Position numbers and translations under genes: made by a program. Below are positions 45,876 through 54,235 of a stretch of DNA of 64,000 bases, piece after piece. The notes below the pieces were generated by a model. The model was not told the DNA's origin, did no database searches, and saw only the letters and a program-made list of their open reading frames with translations. This DNA is from Candidatus Hodarchaeota archaeon (GTDB taxonomy: Archaea; Asgardarchaeota; Heimdallarchaeia; Hodarchaeales; Hodarchaeaceae): assembly GCA_016840035.1 (NCBI GenBank), contig JAEOTC010000077.1, positions 1 to 64,000 on the forward strand. The letters are read 5' to 3'. Position 1 is the stretch's first letter, and each line of letters opens with the position of its first letter.

Positions 45876-47138
45876 GTGGTTAACATGACTATTAAAAATA
45901 TGATTGAAAAAGCTAATAAAAAAGCCTTACAACGAATGGCGGATGTACAACCCATTCTGGTTGACATTGATCTAGCTATAAACGTAGTCCCTGGAATGGA
46001 AAAAAGGACGATTTTTCATGCAGGACCCCCAATAGAATGGGAAAGGATGTCCGGTCCAACTAAAGGGGCTATTGCTGGGATTCTTGTTTATGAAGGCTTA
46101 GCTAACACTATTGAGGAGGGGTACACTTTGGCTGCTTCCGGAGAGATCAATTTCGATTCCAACCATGATCATGACACTGTTGGTCCTATGACTGGTATAA
46201 CTGCACCACATCAGCCAGTTTTTATTCTAGAAGATCCTAAAACTAAAAGTAATGCCTATTGTACTCTTAACGAAGGTAGAGGTAAAGTTCTTCGATTTGG
46301 AGGGTGGAGTGATGACGTTTTAGCCCGTTTAAACTGGATGAGAGATACTTTAGCTCCTACACTAAGAAAAGCTATCATCCATTCTAAAGGAATCAATGTT
46401 AAAGCTATTATCTCTGAATCTCTTCATCAAGGGGATGAAGCTCACAACAGGAATCGTTCTGGTACCTATTTATTCTTGGGTGAAATCACACCTCATCTTT
46501 TAGATACCGCCGACTCATCTCAAGTCAAGGAAGTTTTTCAGTTTATTAAAGAAAATGCTGATATTTTTAATTTGAATTTATCAATGCCTCATTCAAAATT
46601 AATTGCTGACGCTGCGCGTGATATTGATTATTGTCCTTTAATGGTTGCAATGGCTCGAAATGGAACTGATATTGGAATTCAAGTCTCAGGATTGGGTCGT
46701 AAATGGTTCACTTCTCCTGCCACGATGGTTGAAGGGCTTTATTTTCCAGGATATACTGCAGATGATGCGTGCCCAGATCTCGGTGATTCTACTATTTCTG
46801 AAGTCATTGGAATTGGAGGATTTGCAATGGCTGCTTCCCCCGCAATAGTTTCTTTTGTTGGTGGGGCAGCAAGTGAGGCTGTATCCAGAACCGAGAGAAT
46901 GTACGAAATAACGGAAGGAAAAAATAAATCCTTCACTATACCGATTTTGGACTTCAAAGGAACACCTACTGGTGTAGATATACGTAGAGTGGTTGAACTC
47001 AACGAAACACCTCTCATTAATACTGGAATAGCTCACAAAGAAGCTGGAATTGGTCAAATTGGTGCTGGTTTAACTGCAGCACCCATAGAAATGTTTAATG
47101 ATGCTTTACGTGCTTTTGGTGTCAAATATCTTAAATAA
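45876..47138 (+). CDS. DUF1116 (YlbE/AllG, YahG-like) protein
   Basis: HAGPPI.W..M.GP, VGPM.G, NEG.GKVLRFG, GDE.HNRN, MARNG, PD.GDS.I.E..G.GG, INTGIAHK..G.GQIGAG. Confidence 0.9.
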   Translation: MVNMTIKNMIEKANKKALQRMADVQPILVDIDLAINVVPGMEKRTIFHAGPPIEWERMSGPTKGAIAGILVYEGLANTIEEGYTLAASGEINFDSNHDHDTVGPMTGITAPHQPVFILEDPKTKSNAYCTLNEGRGKVLRFGGWSDDVLARLNWMRDTLAPTLRKAIIHSKGINVKAIISESLHQGDEAHNRNRSGTYLFLGEITPHLLDTADSSQVKEVFQFIKENADIFNLNLSMPHSKLIADAARDIDYCPLMVAMARNGTDIGIQVSGLGRKWFTSPATMVEGLYFPGYTADDACPDLGDSTISEVIGIGGFAMAASPAIVSFVGGAASEAVSRTERMYEITEGKNKSFTIPILDFKGTPTGVDIRRVVELNETPLINTGIAHKEAGIGQIGAGLTAAPIEMFNDALRAFGVKYLK

Positions 47139-47160
47139 ATATCAAATAATTTGGTGAAAA

Positions 47161-47703
47161 GTGCTGTCAACGAATAAATCGCATGATCTTAGTCACTCTC
47201 ATGAAGCCCTTGCTCTTAGAAGTGAGCTCCTCGAATTATTAAACCTTTCTGGCAGTAGAATTGAATATTTAAGCGCTGCAGTTACTCCTCTTGTGTCAGT
47301 AGCAATGTCTGCATCAGTTCTGACTTTCCTATCCCTTCAATTCTTTTTCAACGGACAATTACTCTCTACCCGAATAATTGCAGGATTAAATATACTAATA
47401 CTTCTTTGTTTAGTTTTTATTTCCCTCATTACTCAAATTATGATCCATCGTGCACGTCTACGGTTAGCACGAATAAATCACGATCTAAAAATCGAGAAAA
47501 TCCTCGATAAGGATCATATTTCTAAAGAAGAACATCAAATATTAATTCGATTAAGTCATCTGGCAAGAAAAAGTCGTGGTACAATCGATCAAGTTCAATG
47601 GCTTTACACCCATGGATTATTCCTAATTCTTTATGTACTGATTTCAATTACAGTGACGGGACTATTTCTGATTACATTGAGCGAAATTCCGCAATGGATC
47701 TAA
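47161..47703 (+). CDS. Hypothetical three-TM membrane protein
   Basis: GTG start with a GGTGA SD; three hydrophobic segments. Confidence 0.65.
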   Translation: MLSTNKSHDLSHSHEALALRSELLELLNLSGSRIEYLSAAVTPLVSVAMSASVLTFLSLQFFFNGQLLSTRIIAGLNILILLCLVFISLITQIMIHRARLRLARINHDLKIEKILDKDHISKEEHQILIRLSHLARKSRGTIDQVQWLYTHGLFLILYVLISITVTGLFLITLSEIPQWI

Positions 47704-47704
47704 T

Positions 47705-49561
47705 TCAGGGATTTTCAGCCATCTCTGCTCCAATGGGAGGTGTGGTTCCATTGGGAGTCCAATCTACCTCTTGATGTTTGAAATATGTGTTGTAAAGGGT
47801 AGCGTACTCACCGTCTAATGCTAATAAATCATCATGAGTTCCTTCCTCTATAATTTGCCCATGATCGATTACAATAATCCGATCAGCATTCTTGACAGTG
47901 GATAATCTGTGAGCAATAATAATAGACGTTCTACCTTTCATCAGCTCCTCAAGTGATTCTTGTATCATTGACTCAGTATAAGCATCAACAGAGGAAGTAG
48001 CCTCATCTAGAATCAAGATTTTTGGATCTGCTAATAGTGCGCGTGCAAAACTGATCAGCTGTCTTTGCCCAGTACTTAGAAGTGATCCACCTTCACCCAC
48101 GGAGGTATTTAAACCGTCTTTCAAGTATTCCAAAATTTCTTCGACACGAGAAATTTGTAGTGCTTGTTTTAAGTCGTCTTCAGAAGCATTTTTACGGCCA
48201 TAAGTTATATTTTCTAATATCGTCCCGTTAAATAGAAATGGAGTTTGTAATACAACACCTAAATGGTTTCGATATCCTTTAAGCTTGTAATCTCGAACGT
48301 GTGTCCCATCGACGAGTATTTTTCCATTTTGAAACTCATAAAACCTTGTTAATAAGGCTATTATCGAAGTTTTTCCAGCCCCGGTATGTCCAACAATTGC
48401 TAATTTCTCTCCGGGGTTAATTTTTAAGGTGAAATTAGTTAGAACTGGAGATTCAGGAACATAGGCGAAATCCACATTTTGAAATTCGATCTTTCCTGTA
48501 ATAGACTCCTTCTCTATATTCCCTAAGTCTTGAACTGAGGGTTCTGTGTCGATTACTTGAAGGATTCGCTCAAATGCGGCAAAACCTGCCTGAATTTGTG
48601 CGTAAAAACTGATTAACTGAGTTATTGGGAAGAAAAAGTTATTCAGATAAGAAACAAAGATGAATAAATACGCTGCAGTAATTATACTGGATCCAGATAA
48701 TGCGAGTTCACCCCCAACTAAGAGAATGAGGACTGTGGCAGTGGCTGACAATAGTTCAACAAATGGAAAAAAGAGCATCATAGATATGCTTCTTTTAAAT
48801 CCAGCCTGAAAGTGCTTCTGATTTATTCCTTTAAACTCGTCTAATGATTCAGATTCAACACCAAAAGATTTAGACACTTGAATTCCATTTACACTCTCCG
48901 CAATGGCGGCATTTACCGATGCATGTGCCTTTCTAAAACCCATGCTTGTTGAACGAGCTACTTTTCGGAATAAATAGCTGATTACTATTAATACAGGAAT
49001 TACTGATGCAGTAATTAAAGCTAATTGTAAATTGATTAAGGCCAAGACAAAAAATACTGCTATAATAATCAAGAATTGCCCTACAACTGTTAAAACGATA
49101 GAAACGGCTCCTCCATAATCAGCAGCGTCACTGGAAACACGAGAATTCAATCTTCCGCTACGATGTTTATCAAAGAATTTCATATCTTGTTTTTGTAAGG
49201 CATCAAAGATGTCTCCACGTAAGGTCACCATGAAAAAAGGAACGACTTTAGCTACTTGAACATTTATTGTAAAATCCCCGAGCCAACTAAAAACAGATAA
49301 CACTAAATAACATGTTCCTGCAAACAAGACGACTACAATGCTCACTTCTGTTAAATCCGATGAATCCAATGTTTGGATTAGAAATCCAAAAATGAGCGGG
49401 GTTAAAAGACTAATAACTGTTAACAGAATAGTAGTAACTGACGAAATAATGATGGGCTTTCGATAAGGTGCTAATCTTTTGAGAGAGCGTTGAATAAGTT
49501 CACGATCACTGTACCTTCTTTCATCTTCAGATCTCTCAATTCCTTCAAATATCCAACCCAT
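47705..49561 (-). CDS. ABC exporter half (TMD+NBD), consensus-site subunit of a heterodimer
   Basis: 6 TM; GHTGAGKT, LSTGQRQ, ILILDEATS, IAHRLST. Confidence 0.92.
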   Translation of the reverse strand: MGWIFEGIERSEDERRYSDRELIQRSLKRLAPYRKPIIISSVTTILLTVISLLTPLIFGFLIQTLDSSDLTEVSIVVVLFAGTCYLVLSVFSWLGDFTINVQVAKVVPFFMVTLRGDIFDALQKQDMKFFDKHRSGRLNSRVSSDAADYGGAVSIVLTVVGQFLIIIAVFFVLALINLQLALITASVIPVLIVISYLFRKVARSTSMGFRKAHASVNAAIAESVNGIQVSKSFGVESESLDEFKGINQKHFQAGFKRSISMMLFFPFVELLSATATVLILLVGGELALSGSSIITAAYLFIFVSYLNNFFFPITQLISFYAQIQAGFAAFERILQVIDTEPSVQDLGNIEKESITGKIEFQNVDFAYVPESPVLTNFTLKINPGEKLAIVGHTGAGKTSIIALLTRFYEFQNGKILVDGTHVRDYKLKGYRNHLGVVLQTPFLFNGTILENITYGRKNASEDDLKQALQISRVEEILEYLKDGLNTSVGEGGSLLSTGQRQLISFARALLADPKILILDEATSSVDAYTESMIQESLEELMKGRTSIIIAHRLSTVKNADRIIVIDHGQIIEEGTHDDLLALDGEYATLYNTYFKHQEVDWTPNGTTPPIGAEMAENP

Positions 49562-51390
49562 TATGAACTACCTCCAATTTCATCTGTGTACTCGCTTTCT
49601 AATGGGGGTAACACCGCGTACTTACCAAAGATCCGTCTATAATCAGGTGAAGCACGAATAAGCTTTGAATGATGTCCTTTAGCAACAATTTTATTTCCCT
49701 TTATCACGATAACACAATCCGCTCTTCTTATCTGTGATAGTCGGTGTGTAATGATAAAAGTGGTACGCCCTTGACTCACAGCGTTAATTGCTTTTACTAT
49801 TTCTTCTTCTGTTTTTGAATCCACGGAGGAAGTTGAATCATCAAGGATTAATATTCTTGGATCGGTCAGAAATGTTCGTGCAAGAGCTACTCTTTGTCGT
49901 TGACCTCCAGAGAGTTGACTTCCCCCTTCTCCGACATAGGTATCATATCCCTTAGGAAATTCGGAAATAAAATCATGAGCTTGAGCCAATTTTGCAGCTT
50001 CAATAATACTCGGATCATCAGCTTCTCTGGCACCGAATGCGATATTCTCTCGAATTGATCTAGGAAAAAGATAGACATCCTGCTCAATCAATCCTATTTG
50101 TTTCCTTAAAATTTCTAAGGGGATTTTTTGGATATTCACATCATCTAAGAATATATCACCAGAATAATCGTACAATCTCAATAATAATTTTGTCAAAGAT
50201 GATTTTCCAGATCCAGTGGGGCCCACAATTGCTATCATTTGTCCTGGAGCGACACTAAATGAAATATCATCAAGAATTGGTCCTTTTGAGGTAGGATACT
50301 GGAACGAAACATTCTGAAACTTAATTTTTCCCTGAATAGTTTCCATTAAGGACATTCCATTTTCTAGAGTATCCTCACCAACCTCTTTCATTTCCATATT
50401 GTAAATACGCCTTGCTCCAGCTAATCCACCATTATAAAGCATAACCGCAAACGAGATGATATATGTAGGACCAATAAGGGTAAATAAAATACCAGTAAAT
50501 CCTACTAAGGTGCCTATGGTAATTTCACCAGCTAGAATAAGTAAAGATCCGATGAGAACAGAGGTTCCTGTTGTAGCGAATAAAATTAGAGTTGGGAAAT
50601 ATCGTGCTTGAAGAATTTGTCGTTTATACCATGTATCTCTGAAGTCCAAGACAAAATCCATGAACTTTCTCCGTTCATACGACTCCTCTGCAAAAGCTCG
50701 AACCACTTCTGCACCTGTTATGTTATCCTGAACCGCAGTCGCTATTGCACTCCATTTTCGCATAAATGTGTGGCTAATAGGAGCCATTTTCTTGTTATAG
50801 CTAAACACAGCCCACAAATAGACTAGAAAAAATGGTATTGATAATAATAACAGCTGGGGGGCTTTTAGAATTGTTAAGACAAGTACTGCAGCTATCGTGA
50901 CTGAGATGAATACATCAGCCATCATAGAAAAACCTGGGGAAATTAATCCACCAACTTGAGAAAGATCATTAGTAGCTAACGCCATTAATTCCCCTGTTCT
51001 TACTGAATCATGAAATTTTAGTGGTTTATTTTGCATAGAGTCAAAAAATTCCTCACGAATTCGTTTTTGTGAGGTCCATGATAACCATTCATTAGCAATC
51101 GAGGTGATAATCCCAATTAAGAAGCGGAGGATTCCCATTATCAGAATCAGAAATACGAAATCACGCAAGAGATCGAGTTGTTGACTATTTGTACGTAAGT
51201 CTGGTAGATCGATAATCGCCCTATCTAGTGCCTGTCCCAAAAATATTGGTATTAGCATGCGTATTAAAATAGATATTGATGTACCAACAAATATGACTAT
51301 TAAATTCAATGGATTTGCCAATAAATGACCAAAAAACCAGCGAGAAAACGATTTAGAAGAAACCTGATCCTTCGTAGTAATTGTCGCCAT
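49561..51390 (-). CDS. ABC exporter half (TMD+NBD), degenerate-site subunit of a heterodimer
   Basis: GPTGSGKS, LSGGQRQR, Walker B ILILDDSTS (E to D); stop overlaps the partner's ATG; ATG 51390 preferred (track start 51423). Confidence 0.92.
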   Translation of the reverse strand: MATITTKDQVSSKSFSRWFFGHLLANPLNLIVIFVGTSISILIRMLIPIFLGQALDRAIIDLPDLRTNSQQLDLLRDFVFLILIMGILRFLIGIITSIANEWLSWTSQKRIREEFFDSMQNKPLKFHDSVRTGELMALATNDLSQVGGLISPGFSMMADVFISVTIAAVLVLTILKAPQLLLLSIPFFLVYLWAVFSYNKKMAPISHTFMRKWSAIATAVQDNITGAEVVRAFAEESYERRKFMDFVLDFRDTWYKRQILQARYFPTLILFATTGTSVLIGSLLILAGEITIGTLVGFTGILFTLIGPTYIISFAVMLYNGGLAGARRIYNMEMKEVGEDTLENGMSLMETIQGKIKFQNVSFQYPTSKGPILDDISFSVAPGQMIAIVGPTGSGKSSLTKLLLRLYDYSGDIFLDDVNIQKIPLEILRKQIGLIEQDVYLFPRSIRENIAFGAREADDPSIIEAAKLAQAHDFISEFPKGYDTYVGEGGSQLSGGQRQRVALARTFLTDPRILILDDSTSSVDSKTEEEIVKAINAVSQGRTTFIITHRLSQIRRADCVIVIKGNKIVAKGHHSKLIRASPDYRRIFGKYAVLPPLESEYTDEIGGSS

Positions 51391-51462
51391 AATAAAAGAG
51401 CGGGATATCGAACTTATATACAATTTACTCTTGGCAAGTATATATTCCTAGCTTGGGAAATT

Positions 51463-53841
51463 TTAATTCTTTTTTAGTAAGAGTCGACTTTGAGCACGTG
51501 ATTTTATCTCATCTCGATCCCACAACATTGGATGATAGTCCCCTTTGTACCACATGGGTATCAGATCATCATAATGTGGACTAGCTAAATGCCCAGATTG
51601 TCCTGGTGCAAATATCATTAGCGATTTTGAAAGATCATTTAAGTCAATTATCTGTCTATGGGATGGAGCCCATGCATTAACGTTATATGGATCATCTGCA
51701 TGGATAGCTGTTTGACATAGAGTGTCTGTATCCCCACCAATAGGAATATTGCCACGGTTAAATACCTGATCCAATGGTCTTTTTAACCCCATTGCATGAG
51801 GGAAATTGACTTTATGTAGTTTTCCCCATTGCCAATCCGTTGGTTTTTTCCCGCAGGAACGAGTTAACCACTCAAAAGTTTTTTTCAAATTACGTAAGAT
51901 TATCTCTTCTGTACCCCCCGCCTCTTGAATCCACCAAGAATTTGGAGATTTCAGTAGTCGCATGATGATATAGGTATCGTGTCCGTAAAACTCATTAGCA
52001 TGATACAAGACTGGATTGAACCCCTTTCCCATGATTTCAAACACTAAATTCTCACTTAAACTACAACTCAAAATATCCCTAACGATCATGTACCGAAGGA
52101 CCTCATAAATTGTACCTCCGATTGATTCAGGAGATAACACGCCGTTCCATGAGAGTAACAGTTGCAGTGCTTCTGCCACTTCCGAATTCGAAGGAGTTGG
52201 CAAACCCAAATTTCTGATTAGTTCGATAAATTCTTTTCCAGGTAAACATGTCACATCCATCTGCATTGCTTTAAAATCTTCGACAGATAACTTTTCTCCT
52301 CTCTCCTTAAGCATCTGTTCAAACCGGGCTGCCCTAGCTCCATTCATCCAAACATCTCCCAAATAATAGGGAAAATCATCAGGTACAATTTTATGGTTAC
52401 AATTGATAATATAGCCCTGCTTTGGGTTTAGTGCGTGAGGCATTGATTTGAAAGGAATCTCTCCTTGCCATTCATAAGAATCATCCCATCCTGGAACAGG
52501 AACAGTGCCTTTATGTTTAGGTACTCTAAGAGGAACCTTTCCCGTAACCCAATAACCGATATTGTTCTCTGTATCGGCATATGACATGTTTAGCTGTGTT
52601 GCATCAATGGATCTCATTGCTTCAACAAATTCATTCCAATTTGACGCTTTGTTCAATGAAATATAGCCCTGTAATGCCTGACTGGGTCTTAATGCCATAG
52701 AATTAATCGCAAGTCTAACGTTTGATCCTTCAATCACATCACTAATTATTGGTCCATGTCGAGTTATAAGTACTTTTTCGATGAGAGGGCCTTCTTGTCC
52801 TTTAATAATTATCTCTTCTTCAATAATCTCCGCATCAATAAACTCTCCATTAACTTCGTATTGATTAGGATTCTGTTCGTTCATTCTTTCAATGTATAAG
52901 TCCTCAGCATCTGTAAAAGCTAATGTACTCCCCCAAGCTATGCTTTGATTGTGGCCCACGAGAATCATAGGTACTCCACACAACGAAACTCCAGATACAT
53001 TGAATTCAGCTCCCATTAAATGTGTTTCGTACCAAATACTTGGTAGCATCAATGATAAATGCATATCATTACACAAGTAAGTATGTCCAGTTGTACTTTT
53101 CTCTTTAGAAACAACCCACGTATTGCTTCCTTGCCCTTGTGACAAAAAAGGGCCGTTAGATCCTGAAAGAATACCATCTTTACTTAAGACATTGAACTCG
53201 ATTCCATTAGGCAAAGTTATTGGATGAGTAATAGGAAATTTTATTTCTAATTCAGCAGCGTGATCGGCCCCGACCTCTTCAACTATTTTTGACCTAACTA
53301 TTTCCCCATACCAGGCATGTGAAAGCTGCCAAAGCATAACTCGAGCAAATGCACAACTATCCTCGGGACTCCACATTTTTGGTTTATGTCTGATCAGAGT
53401 AAATTCTACTGGCAACTTCGATTTTTTATGCTGTAAAAAAGCATTTACTCCATCTGTATATGCTTGTATACAATCTTTTACCTCTTCTGTAGCATTATTC
53501 CAATCTATCTTTCCTAATCGAGCGAATCCGAATGTTCGGGATGTACGGTCTGTTTCGATTGCAAGATCACCAATTAATTCACTCAAAGTACCATTTGCTG
53601 TTCTTCGATTGAGTTCCATCTGCCATAAGCGGTCTTGTGCTTGTACAAATCCTTGGGCAAAGAATAAATCATATTTATGGTCAGCAAAAATATGCGGAAT
53701 TCCCCATTTATCCCGAATAATCTCAACTGAACTTCCTCTTAATCCCTCTACCTCTATCTCACCGTCAACTATTGGTAATCGACGTTTACTCATCTGAGTG
53801 AGGACAAACCGCATTATTTTACCTAAAACCATCCTTACCAT
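51463..53841 (-). CDS. Penicillin acylase family Ntn-hydrolase (PvdQ/QuiP-like)
   Basis: RDKWGIPHI, QGFVQAQDRLWQM, nucleophile GSNTWVV, NDMHL, TRHGP, NP..GY...N, W.WG..H, PGQSG...SPHY.D. Confidence 0.92.
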   Translation of the reverse strand: MVRMVLGKIMRFVLTQMSKRRLPIVDGEIEVEGLRGSSVEIIRDKWGIPHIFADHKYDLFFAQGFVQAQDRLWQMELNRRTANGTLSELIGDLAIETDRTSRTFGFARLGKIDWNNATEEVKDCIQAYTDGVNAFLQHKKSKLPVEFTLIRHKPKMWSPEDSCAFARVMLWQLSHAWYGEIVRSKIVEEVGADHAAELEIKFPITHPITLPNGIEFNVLSKDGILSGSNGPFLSQGQGSNTWVVSKEKSTTGHTYLCNDMHLSLMLPSIWYETHLMGAEFNVSGVSLCGVPMILVGHNQSIAWGSTLAFTDAEDLYIERMNEQNPNQYEVNGEFIDAEIIEEEIIIKGQEGPLIEKVLITRHGPIISDVIEGSNVRLAINSMALRPSQALQGYISLNKASNWNEFVEAMRSIDATQLNMSYADTENNIGYWVTGKVPLRVPKHKGTVPVPGWDDSYEWQGEIPFKSMPHALNPKQGYIINCNHKIVPDDFPYYLGDVWMNGARAARFEQMLKERGEKLSVEDFKAMQMDVTCLPGKEFIELIRNLGLPTPSNSEVAEALQLLLSWNGVLSPESIGGTIYEVLRYMIVRDILSCSLSENLVFEIMGKGFNPVLYHANEFYGHDTYIIMRLLKSPNSWWIQEAGGTEEIILRNLKKTFEWLTRSCGKKPTDWQWGKLHKVNFPHAMGLKRPLDQVFNRGNIPIGGDTDTLCQTAIHADDPYNVNAWAPSHRQIIDLNDLSKSLMIFAPGQSGHLASPHYDDLIPMWYKGDYHPMLWDRDEIKSRAQSRLLLKKN

Positions 53842-54235
53842 CCTTCTTGATTTGGCCGCTTTTTTAAATTAATGCATTACACGAACATCATAGAATTCTT
53901 AAAGTTTTAGGAGAATTTAGTGACTATAGTTCTGATACGATATCTCTCTTTACATAAGAACCCACATGTCAAAAGATTGTATTCAGAATATGACAAGATT
54001 GAATTACTGGGTATTTTTTTATTTGATAACCGTCTGAAAGACTTTTTTATTTGTGAACTGGTCTTTTAATAATGACATCAAAATGCTGTAAATCAGCAAT
54101 AACCTACCTGTACGGTTTCTAGGATTTGGGAAGAGTATAAGGAAGAGTATAGTGAATATTAAATCTATTTCTAATTCCTAAACCATTTGCCAAATTCTAT
54201 GAATATAAATAAGCATAGCATGAAGAGTACTACTA

